Origin: Acidimicrobiaceae bacterium
Lineage (GTDB): Bacteria; Actinomycetota; Acidimicrobiia; Acidimicrobiales; Aldehydirespiratoraceae
Length of the DNA: 64,000 nt
Reading direction: 5' to 3'
Assembly: GCA_009843735.1 (NCBI GenBank)
Contig: VYCW01000087.1
Span: 7,589-71,588, forward strand
The notes beneath the pieces were generated by a model that was not told the origin of the DNA, did no database searches, and was given only the letters and a program-made list of their open reading frames with translations. Below, one piece after another: positions 9,001 to 17,248 of the stretch (position 1 is its first letter; each line of letters begins with the position of its first letter). The translations under genes and the position numbers were made by a program.

Positions 9001-10704
9001 ATGCCGTTTCCGACCGATCTGGAGATCGCCTCCCAGGCCAATCTGAAGCCTCTCGGAGAGATCGCCGCCGACGCCGGAATCCCGGCGGAGATGCTGGAGC
9101 CCTACGGCGCGGGCGCGGCCAAAGTGAGCCTCGACGCGGTCGAGGCCATGGCCGACGCCGGTCGGCCGCGGGCCCGCTACGTGGTGGTGTCGGCCATCAC
9201 CCCGACCCCGCTCGGCGAGGGCAAGACCACCACCACCGTCGGACTCGGCCAAGCCTTCCAGCACATCGGGCGCAGTGCCACCATCGCCATCCGCCAGCCG
9301 TCGATGGGCCCGACCTTCGGGATCAAGGGCGGCGCCGCGGGCGGCGGCTACAGCCAGGTAGTGCCGATGGAGTTGTTCAACCTCCATCTCACCGGTGACA
9401 TGCACGCCGTGACCGCGGCCCACAACCTGTGCTCGGCCATGGTCGACGCCCACCTCTATCACGGCAACGAGGCCGGCCTCGACATCCACAACATCACCTG
9501 GCGCCGGGTGCTCGACGTCAACGACCGGGCTCTGCGCAACATCACCCTGGGACTGGGCGGACGGCTCGACGGCGTGCCCCGGGAGTCCGGCTTCGACATC
9601 ACCGCCGCGTCGGAGGTCATGGCCGCGCTGGCGCTGTGTACCGGTCTCCACGACCTTCGGGCCCGACTGGGGCGGATCGTGGTGGGATACACCAAGGCCG
9701 GGACGCCGGTTACCGCCGAGGAGATCGGGGTGGCCGGCTCGATGGCCGTGATCCTGCGCGAGGCCATCAAGCCCAACCTGATGCAGACCCTTGAGAACAC
9801 GCCTGCGCTGGTGCACACCGGGCCGTTCGGCAACATCGCCACCGGCAACTCCTCCATCGTGGCCGACCAGGTGGGCATCCGCACATCGGACTTCCTGCTC
9901 ACCGAGGCCGGTTTCGGCGCCGACATGGGCGCCGAGCGGTTCTTCAACATCAAGTGCCGCTACTCGGGCATCGCTCCCGACGCGGCCGTGCTGGTGGCCA
10001 CCGTGCGCGGCCTGAAGGCCCATTCGGGCAAGCACAAGATCGTTGCCGGCCGTCCGCTGCCGGAGGCAATCCTGGCCGAGAACCCCGACGAGGTGCACGC
10101 GGGCGGCGACAACCTGCGCAAGCAACTCGAGAACATGCGTATCCACGGCTGCACGCCGGTGGTGGCCATCAACGTGTTCCCCGAGGACCACCCGGCCGAC
10201 ATCGCCGCCATCGGCGAGATCGCGGCCGAGTACGACGCCCGCTCGGCGGTGACAACCCACTTCGCCGACGGCGGTCGGGGCGCGGCCACCCTCGCCGAGG
10301 CGGTGGCCGAAGCGGCCGAGGAGCCCAGCGACTTCCAGGTGCTGTACCCCGACGACGCCTCCCTCAAGACCAAGATCGAGACGGTCGCCACGCGGGTCTA
10401 TGGCGCCGACGGGGTCGAGTACTCCAGCACTGCCGACAAGCAGTTGGCCACCTATACGGAGGCCGGGTTCGGGAACCTGCCGGTGTGCATCGCCAAGACC
10501 CACCTGTCGATCTCGTCGGATCCGACGCTGAAGGGCGCCCCGACTGGGTGGACGCTGCCGGTACGGGAGGTGCGGGCATCGGTTGGCGCCGGGTTCGTGT
10601 ACCCCATCTGCGGCGACATGCGCACCATGCCGGGCCTGGGCCGGGTGCCGGCGGCGGTGGGGATCGACATCGACGCTGACGGCAACATCGTCGGCCTGAG
10701 CTGA
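9001..10704 (+). CDS. fhs: Formate--tetrahydrofolate ligase
   Basis: Start at internal ATG 9001 (MPFPTDLEIA...). TPTPLGEGKTTTTVGL P-loop. About 567 aa. Confidence 0.95.
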   Translation: MPFPTDLEIASQANLKPLGEIAADAGIPAEMLEPYGAGAAKVSLDAVEAMADAGRPRARYVVVSAITPTPLGEGKTTTTVGLGQAFQHIGRSATIAIRQPSMGPTFGIKGGAAGGGYSQVVPMELFNLHLTGDMHAVTAAHNLCSAMVDAHLYHGNEAGLDIHNITWRRVLDVNDRALRNITLGLGGRLDGVPRESGFDITAASEVMAALALCTGLHDLRARLGRIVVGYTKAGTPVTAEEIGVAGSMAVILREAIKPNLMQTLENTPALVHTGPFGNIATGNSSIVADQVGIRTSDFLLTEAGFGADMGAERFFNIKCRYSGIAPDAAVLVATVRGLKAHSGKHKIVAGRPLPEAILAENPDEVHAGGDNLRKQLENMRIHGCTPVVAINVFPEDHPADIAAIGEIAAEYDARSAVTTHFADGGRGAATLAEAVAEAAEEPSDFQVLYPDDASLKTKIETVATRVYGADGVEYSSTADKQLATYTEAGFGNLPVCIAKTHLSISSDPTLKGAPTGWTLPVREVRASVGAGFVYPICGDMRTMPGLGRVPAAVGIDIDADGNIVGLS

Positions 10705-10716
10705 CCTGCGACGGAG

Positions 10717-11592
10717 ATGCTGTCGAAGCTGCGGCGCGCCCCGCTGTCTGGGGAGACTCTCGGAGCCCGCCACTACCGGCTGCACCTCGTTAGGGATCTG
10801 ACCTTCGAGGTAATCCCGCTCAAGAGCCTCGACGCGGCGATCGAGGCTCTCCCCGCTGGTTCCCGGGTCTCGGTGACCGCGTCCCCGGTGAAGGGCCAGG
10901 ACGCCACCTGCGAGATCACCGAGCGGTTGATGGAGCTGGGCCATGAGGCCATCCCGCACGTCTCCGCCCGGATGGTGACCGATCGGGCCCGGGTGTCCGA
11001 GCTGGCCGGCTGGTTCCGCTCGGCCGGGGTGTCGACGATGTTCCTCGTCGGCGGCGATGTGGAGTCGCCAGGCGCCTACTCGGACGCGGCGTCGTTCCTG
11101 CGGGACCTGCTGGAATGCGACCACGGGCTGAGCACGATCGGCGTGACCGCCTATCCGCACGGCCACCCGCTCATCGCGGAGGAAGTGCTCCATGAGGCCC
11201 TGCACACCAAGCAGGCACTGCTGGCGGAGGCCGGCGTGGAGGGCTACTGCAGCACGCAGATGTGCTTCGACCCGGCGCTGATCGAGGGCTGGCTGCGGGG
11301 CGAGCGGGCCGCGGGGATGACGCTCCCCGTGCATCTCGGACTGTCGGGGGTGTTGGATCGGGCCAAGCTGCTCACTATGGGCGCTCGCCTGGGCGTGGGG
11401 CCGTCACTGCGGTATCTCCGCAAGAACCGGGCCGCCATCACGAAGCTGATGACCTCACCCAACTACGACCCCGACCACATCCTGATGGCCCTGAGCCCGT
11501 CTTTGGACGACCTCGGCGTGACCGGCCTGCACGTGTTCACCTTCAACCAGGTAGCCACCACCGTCACCTGGCAGTCTTCCCACCACGGCTAG
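10717..11592 (+). CDS. metF: Methylenetetrahydrofolate reductase family protein
   Basis: 291 aa MTHFR-like TIM barrel (FEVIPLK..., VGGD..., TQMCFD). Lies 12 nt downstream of fhs. Confidence 0.7.
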   Translation: MLSKLRRAPLSGETLGARHYRLHLVRDLTFEVIPLKSLDAAIEALPAGSRVSVTASPVKGQDATCEITERLMELGHEAIPHVSARMVTDRARVSELAGWFRSAGVSTMFLVGGDVESPGAYSDAASFLRDLLECDHGLSTIGVTAYPHGHPLIAEEVLHEALHTKQALLAEAGVEGYCSTQMCFDPALIEGWLRGERAAGMTLPVHLGLSGVLDRAKLLTMGARLGVGPSLRYLRKNRAAITKLMTSPNYDPDHILMALSPSLDDLGVTGLHVFTFNQVATTVTWQSSHHG

Positions 11593-11671
11593 CCATCTAC
11601 AAGCGGCGGCCTCCGACCATTCCTGATGTAGTCATACCGTTCTAGTTTGAATAAAAAGCATTGATATAGCA

Positions 11672-12823
11672 TCAACCAACAAGGCGTATCGGTTCGGTCT
11701 CCAGTTCCTCACGATTGTCGGAGTTCAAGGCGTTCGACTCGCGAAGGTGCTCGATCTTGCCAAGCTGCTTGTCCATCATCCTGCGACGGGTTCCCCCCGG
11801 CATGAGCTCGTCAACTCCCCTTCTGAGCAAGTCAGCGCGATTCGACACAGTCGTTATCGCCTCCGTGAACTTGTCCCACTGGGTCTCGAACGCGCCGAGC
11901 ACACCCAGGATCTCCTGGGCTGAGCGCTCGAGAGCGAACGTGTCCATGGCCTTGCGCACGATGACCAGCACAGCTAGCAGTGTGGAGGGCGAGCAGATCA
12001 GAACGCCCTTCTCCAGCGCCTTGTCGGTCTCATCCCTGCACCTCTCGTGAATTGATGCATACAAGCCGTCGTTTGGGATGAACATCAGGACGCAACCGAC
12101 GGTCTCTTGGGTATCGAGATAGCCATCCCGTCCGACTAGGCCGTTGACATGGCTTCGTACGGCCAGTCTCAGCCTCTTCGTGGCCTCGCGCCTCTCGCTC
12201 TCAGAGGCTGCCTCCACGTACTCGGAATGGGCGGCCAAAGGGAACTTCACGTCCATGTGAAGCCTCTCGTCCTTGGGCAACAGGAACGTGTAGTCAGGAA
12301 TCTTGCCTGTGGGAAGCTTGGTTTGCTTCAAGTAGTTGACGTTCTCCTTCATTCCCGCGACACGGAGAACATCCTCAGCCATCCGCTCACCCCACTTGCC
12401 GCGGGCGGTGGGGTTGGACAGCACGTCCTTGAGTTGGCCCGTGGTCTTGGTTAGTTCGGAAGTCCCTCTGGCAGCTTCGCTGAGTTGCTCCGCGATGGTG
12501 CCGTGCTGCTTCGCTGCGTCAGTCTGCATCGATGTCAGAGCATCACGCATCGTCTTGACCTCGGCCTTGAACCCTTGAACCTGCTCATCGATGGCCCTGT
12601 GTCGCTGCTCCAGTTCTGTCTTGCCTGTTGAGAGGCGCGAATCAAATGCCTCGCGCGCCTCGCCCACCACGCTGGCGATGGCTGCCTCGACGGCGTCCTG
12701 TACCGAGTCGTCCCGGCGCCGGACGGCCGCGACCACGGCAAACCCAACCATGATGACTGCGACGACGATGATGATTACGGCGGTGAGATCCATGACATCC
12801 ACTGTAGGAAGGGGGTGTGACAC
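11672..12823 (-). CDS. rmuC: DNA recombination protein RmuC
   Basis: 383 aa. N-terminal TM helix, coiled coil, and an RmuC nuclease-like C-terminal domain (PDYTFLLP...DVKFPL...MFIPNDGLY). Visibly lower GC than its neighbours. Alternative ATG at 12793. Confidence 0.85.
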   Translation of the reverse strand: MSHPLPTVDVMDLTAVIIIVVAVIMVGFAVVAAVRRRDDSVQDAVEAAIASVVGEAREAFDSRLSTGKTELEQRHRAIDEQVQGFKAEVKTMRDALTSMQTDAAKQHGTIAEQLSEAARGTSELTKTTGQLKDVLSNPTARGKWGERMAEDVLRVAGMKENVNYLKQTKLPTGKIPDYTFLLPKDERLHMDVKFPLAAHSEYVEAASESERREATKRLRLAVRSHVNGLVGRDGYLDTQETVGCVLMFIPNDGLYASIHERCRDETDKALEKGVLICSPSTLLAVLVIVRKAMDTFALERSAQEILGVLGAFETQWDKFTEAITTVSNRADLLRRGVDELMPGGTRRRMMDKQLGKIEHLRESNALNSDNREELETEPIRLVG

Positions 12824-12882
12824 GAGGGTGGAGGCTCGCTGATCGTGCTTGACTGCCCGGCGGGGGGTGGTGGCAGAATGGG

Positions 12883-13641
12883 GTGATGACTGGGTCGAGT
12901 CATGGATGGCCGGCGGTGGAGCCGGTGCTGGAGGATCCTGTCGCTGAGCGGGCCCGGCTCCTGGACGATCTGGCCACCGCCTACAGGCTCTTCGGGACGC
13001 TGCGCTGGGCCGAGCTGGGCGACGGCCACATCACCTGCCGCGACACCGAGAAGCTCGATCACATGTGGCTGCTCCGCCATCGCGTCCCCTTCGAGCGGGC
13101 CGGGCCCACCGACCTCGTGCTGGTCGCGCCCGACGGCAGTGCCGCCGACCAGGACGGGCGCCCCGCCCGCATCAACAACTCCGCCTACCACATCCACCAC
13201 CCCATCCACGAGGCCCGGCCCGACGTGGTGGCCGCGGCGCACGTGCACACCCACTGGGGCACCCCGTTCGCGGCCGAGCGACGCATGATCGAGCCCATCA
13301 GCCAGGAATCGGCGCTGTTCTACGGCGATCACTCCCTGTTCGACGACGAGGAGATACAGATCCTGTCCTGCGACGGCGGCAAGCGGATCGCAGCCGCTCT
13401 CGGCGAGCACCGGGCCGTGATCCTGGCCAACCACGGACTCCTCACCGTCGGATCCAGCCCCGCCGACGCCGTCGGCTGGTTCGTGCTGATGGAGCGGGTC
13501 GCCGAGGTCCAGATGAAGGCCCGCCACGGGATCCCGGTGTCGCCCGAGGCAGCTCGGGACGCCCAGGCCGACATCGTCGTCGAGGGCTACGGCTGGGACC
13601 TATACAACTGGGCCATCCGCCGTCACCTGGACGTCGTCTAG
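12883..13641 (+). CDS. Class II aldolase/adducin family protein
   Basis: 252 aa. HIHHPIH...AAAHVHTHWG...ANHGLLTVG metal-binding His pattern of class II aldolases. Confidence 0.75.
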   Translation: MMTGSSHGWPAVEPVLEDPVAERARLLDDLATAYRLFGTLRWAELGDGHITCRDTEKLDHMWLLRHRVPFERAGPTDLVLVAPDGSAADQDGRPARINNSAYHIHHPIHEARPDVVAAAHVHTHWGTPFAAERRMIEPISQESALFYGDHSLFDDEEIQILSCDGGKRIAAALGEHRAVILANHGLLTVGSSPADAVGWFVLMERVAEVQMKARHGIPVSPEAARDAQADIVVEGYGWDLYNWAIRRHLDVV

Positions 13642-13667
13642 CCCGGGAGGGACCGGCGCCCCGGAGG

Positions 13668-14567
13668 CTAGGCCGGGAAGGCTCCCAGCATCCGGGCCCC
13701 GGCCAGGGTGTTCTGCAGCAGGCAGGCGATGGTCATGGGACCGGTGCCGCCGGGCATGGGCGTGACCGCGCCGGCCACCTCCTGGACCGCATCGAAGTCC
13801 ACGTCACCGACGATGCCGTCGGCCGTGCGCGAGATCCCCACGTCGATCACCGCGGCGCCAGGCTTCACGAAATCGGCGGTGACCAGCCGGGCCATGCCGG
13901 CCGCGGCTACCAGGATGTCGGCCTGCCGGCAGACGGCCTGGAGCTCGGGCGTGCGGCTGTGGGCCAGGGTGGGTGTGGCGTCCACGCCCTTGCGGCCCAG
14001 CAGCAGGATCTGAGGGAGCCCCACCAGAGTCGAGCGGCCGATCACCACGGCCCGCGTGCCCGAAGTCGGCACCCCGTAGCGATCCAGCAGGCGCATGACC
14101 CCCAGCGGCGTGCACGGCACGTGCCCGGACTGACCGCGCACCAGGCGGCCCATCGACCGGGGCGTCAACCCGTCCACATCCTTCTGCGGCGGGATCAGCT
14201 CCAGCACAGCGTCGGCGTCGAGACCCTCGGGCAGGGGGAGCTGCACCAGGATCCCGTGGACGCCGGGATCGGAAGCCAGGTTCCGGACCGCCTCCTCCAC
14301 CTCGCCCTGGGCCGCGTCGGCACCCAGCTCGACATGGCGCGACACCATGGCCGCCTCCGCAGCCTTGCGCTGCTTGTTCCGCACGTAGATCCGGCTCGGC
14401 TTGTCGTCGCCCACCAGCACCGTGGCCAGGCAGACCTCAGGACTCCCGGCCGCAGTGATCTCCGCGTTGAGCTCAGCAACGATCTCGTCCCGCAGCCGGT
14501 TGCCGTCCATCAGAACCGCCCCACCCCCGGTCCTCTCGAAGTCGTCCAGATGGGAATGCTCGGTCAT
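13668..14567 (-). CDS. folD: Bifunctional methylenetetrahydrofolate dehydrogenase/methenyltetrahydrofolate cyclohydrolase
   Basis: 299 aa. YVRNKQKAA, GILVQLPLP and GGTGPMTIA motifs. AGGAGG directly upstream of the ATG. Confidence 0.95.
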   Translation of the reverse strand: MTEHSHLDDFERTGGGAVLMDGNRLRDEIVAELNAEITAAGSPEVCLATVLVGDDKPSRIYVRNKQRKAAEAAMVSRHVELGADAAQGEVEEAVRNLASDPGVHGILVQLPLPEGLDADAVLELIPPQKDVDGLTPRSMGRLVRGQSGHVPCTPLGVMRLLDRYGVPTSGTRAVVIGRSTLVGLPQILLLGRKGVDATPTLAHSRTPELQAVCRQADILVAAAGMARLVTADFVKPGAAVIDVGISRTADGIVGDVDFDAVQEVAGAVTPMPGGTGPMTIACLLQNTLAGARMLGAFPA

Positions 14568-14652
14568 CGTCCTCCTGTCGGGGGGTGAAAAATCGTCGAT
14601 TCTTGTCGTTAGACGGTCTCGACAGGGTAGACACCGCGGGCCTACGATGGCC

Positions 14653-14675
14653 GTTCCGGCATACGGAACTGTTCC
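14653..14675. promoter_or_regulatory. Candidate operator: GTTCCG-GCATA-CGGAAC-T-GTTCC (three alternating half-sites)
   Basis: Lies in the divergent folD/serA-like intergenic region. Same half-site and 5-nt spacer as 8897..8913. Confidence 0.5.
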
Positions 14676-14734
14676 AAAACAGCGCGTCTCAAGTTCGAAT
14701 CGCGCCGTTTGAGAGATTCCGAGGTGGGAGCAGC

Positions 14735-15937
14735 ATGAGGATCCTGTTCGCCGACGGCCTGTCCGACGCCGCCGTTGAACGGCTGCGCGCCGGCGGCGAC
14801 GCCTGCACGCTGCGACCCTCCCTCACTGCCGAGGAACTGCCCGCCCACGTCGCCGGCTTCGACGTGCTCGTGGTGCGCAGCACCCGGGTGACCGGCGAGG
14901 CCATCGAGGCCGGCACCGACCTAGGACTGGTGGTGCGCGCCGGCGCAGGCACCAACACCATCGACTGCGAGCGCGCCTCGGAACTCGGCGTGTTCGTGTG
15001 CAACGTCCCGGGGCGCAACGCCATCGCGGTCGCCGAGCTGACCCTGGGACTGATGTTCGCCATCGACCGCCACATCGCCGACGCGGCCGCGGACGTGCGG
15101 GCCGGCCAGTGGAACAAGAAGGCCTACAGCAAGGCCCGGGGCCTGCACGGCGCCACCTTGGGCATCATCGGGATGGGCGCCATCGGGCTGGAGGTGGCCC
15201 GGCGAGCCGCCGCCTGCGGGCTGACCGTCGTCACCGAGGACAAGCCGAGACCCCACGACGTGCGCCAGCGCATGAGCGACATCGGGGTGCGGGCCCTCCC
15301 CGATCAGGCCTCGGTGCTCGCCGCCAGCGACATCGTGTCGCTGCACGTGCCCGGCGGACCCGCGACCACCGGGATCGTCGACGCCGAGTTCCTCGCTGCC
15401 ATGAAGCCGGACTCGGTGCTGATCAACACATCCAGGGGCGAGGTCGTAGACGAGGACGCCCTGCTGGCCGCACTCAACTCGACCGACATGAGGGCCGGTG
15501 TGGACGTGTTCGCGGACGAGCCCGCGGGCGGGGCCGGCATCGTCGACTCCGCGCTGGCCCAGCACCCCAAGGTGATCGCCACCCACCACATCGGAGCCTC
15601 TACCCGCCAGGCCCAGGAGGCGGTGGCCGAGGGCACGGCCGAGGTGATCGAGGCGTACCGCAGCGGCTCGGTTCTCAACTGCGTGAATCTCGAGCAGACT
15701 CCCACCCGCACCGCCACTCTCAGTATCCGGCACTACGACCGGGTGGGCGTGCTGGCCGCCGTGCTGGAGGAGCTCCGCCGCGGGCACCTCAACGTCGCCA
15801 CCATGCAGAACCGGATCTTTGCGGGCTCGGTGGCCGCGGCCGCCACCATCGACGTGGCCGGCGCCATCGACGACAGCCTCCTCGACGCGGTCCGGGCCCT
15901 CCCCGACGTGATCCAGGTATCGGTGTTCGAGGCATGA
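14735..15937 (+). CDS. serA: D-3-phosphoglycerate dehydrogenase-like 2-hydroxyacid dehydrogenase with C-terminal ACT domain
   Basis: Start at ATG 14735 (MRILFADG...) behind GAGGTGGGAG. GIIGMGAIG NAD fold. About 400 aa. Confidence 0.75.
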   Translation: MRILFADGLSDAAVERLRAGGDACTLRPSLTAEELPAHVAGFDVLVVRSTRVTGEAIEAGTDLGLVVRAGAGTNTIDCERASELGVFVCNVPGRNAIAVAELTLGLMFAIDRHIADAAADVRAGQWNKKAYSKARGLHGATLGIIGMGAIGLEVARRAAACGLTVVTEDKPRPHDVRQRMSDIGVRALPDQASVLAASDIVSLHVPGGPATTGIVDAEFLAAMKPDSVLINTSRGEVVDEDALLAALNSTDMRAGVDVFADEPAGGAGIVDSALAQHPKVIATHHIGASTRQAQEAVAEGTAEVIEAYRSGSVLNCVNLEQTPTRTATLSIRHYDRVGVLAAVLEELRRGHLNVATMQNRIFAGSVAAAATIDVAGAIDDSLLDAVRALPDVIQVSVFEA

Positions 15938-17211
15938 GCTGGGCGGAGCCGATGCTGGCGCCCTTCGCGGGATGGCTGGTCAAGCCGGAGTGGGCCGGCC
16001 GGGTGATCAGCCGCGCCTACGACAACCTCACTCCGGGTCAGCGCCGCTCCATCGTCAGGGAGAACCCGTACAGCTACGTCAACGTCACCCGCAGCAGCGA
16101 GGACCTGCTCGAAAACGAGGATCTGTCCCTCGACAGGCTCGTTACGCAGGGCGCGGCCGCCCTGACCCGCCTGCTCGACGCGGAGGTCTTCGCCCCGACC
16201 GGGCGCCGCGCCCTGTACCTGTACCGCCTGACCCACGCCCGGGGCTCCCAGACCGGCCTCATCTGCACGGTGGCGGTGAACGGCTTCGACGAGGGCCGCA
16301 TCCGAATACACGAGGGCGTGAGGCAGGATCGCACCGAACTGCTGACCGATCATCTGATGGGGGTGGGCGCCACGTCGCACCCTGTGGCGCTCGCGGTCAG
16401 GGCGTGGGCGGACTCCGAGTACGCGGCGCTGCTGGACGAGGCCGCCCACGCCGCAATACCCGACCTGGAGTTCGGCTCGGAGCTGGTCCGTCACCAGATC
16501 TGGACGGTTCCGGCCAACCTGACCGACAAGCTCCTGGAGTCGCTGGCCGGCAAGGTCCTGTATGTGACCGACGGTCATCATCGCTCGGCCGCGGCCCAGC
16601 GGGCCCTGACCCGTGATCCGGACAACCCTGTGCTGGCCCGCACGCTGGCTGCGGTCTTCCCGCACAGCCAACTGCACGTCGAGGCGTACCACCGGGTCGT
16701 CGCCGACCAGAACCACGAAAGCCACGACGACTGCCTGTGGGCCGTTCGCTCCAGGGTCAGCTACATGGGGGGCGAGCTGGAGCGCGTACCGAGCGCGGAG
16801 GACGCCCGGCCCCGGCACCGGGGCGAGGTGGGCGTGTACGCGACGGGAACCTGGCACCGGCTGACGCTGCCACCGCCGGACTCCGAGGCGGGGGCCCTCG
16901 ACGCGCTCGACGTCGACCGGCTGCGCCGGCTGGTGCTGGACCCGGTGCTGGGCGCCGAGGAACTGGCGGCCACCGGCACCGTGGACTACGTCCCGGACAC
17001 CGCGGGCCTCGACGAGCTGATCAGACGCTGCGAGGACTCCGACAGGATCGGCTTCGTGATGTACCCGCTGTCGGTGGACGAACTGCTGGCCGTGGCCGAC
17101 GAGAGCAGCAAGATGCCGCCCAAGTCGAGCTTCTTCTACCCGAAGCCCCGGGCCGGCGCGTTCCTGCGGGTGCTCGGTCGGGGCGCCACCGCCCACTTGG
17201 ACCCGTCTTAG
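15934..17211 (+). CDS. DUF1015 family protein
   Basis: ATG 15934 overlaps the serA-like stop (ATGA). MSWAEPMLAPFAGW...VTDGHHRSAAA... is typical of DUF1015, a family often linked to serA. Confidence 0.75.
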   Translation: MSWAEPMLAPFAGWLVKPEWAGRVISRAYDNLTPGQRRSIVRENPYSYVNVTRSSEDLLENEDLSLDRLVTQGAAALTRLLDAEVFAPTGRRALYLYRLTHARGSQTGLICTVAVNGFDEGRIRIHEGVRQDRTELLTDHLMGVGATSHPVALAVRAWADSEYAALLDEAAHAAIPDLEFGSELVRHQIWTVPANLTDKLLESLAGKVLYVTDGHHRSAAAQRALTRDPDNPVLARTLAAVFPHSQLHVEAYHRVVADQNHESHDDCLWAVRSRVSYMGGELERVPSAEDARPRHRGEVGVYATGTWHRLTLPPPDSEAGALDALDVDRLRRLVLDPVLGAEELAATGTVDYVPDTAGLDELIRRCEDSDRIGFVMYPLSVDELLAVADESSKMPPKSSFFYPKPRAGAFLRVLGRGATAHLDPS

Positions 17212-17248
17212 CGGCTGCGACGGGTAGGGCCGGGCTGAGCCGGGCAGC

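Noticed and set aside
8920-11334. Very long antisense ORFs (for example 804 aa at 8920..11334 -, 689 aa at 53717..55786 -, 466 aa at 60576..61976 -, 264 aa at 112..906 +, and many others in the track)
   Set aside because: They lie opposite genes with unmistakable family motifs (fhs, P-type ATPase, LLM oxidoreductase, FDH). Their translations are Arg/Gly/Pro/His-rich and low in complexity, which is typical of stop-poor antisense frames in high-GC DNA.
14586-14600. T5 run (minus strand) just upstream of the folD Shine-Dalgarno as a possible attenuator or terminator
   Set aside because: The preceding stem (CGTC...GACG) is only 4 bp with a large loop, which is not a convincing intrinsic terminator.
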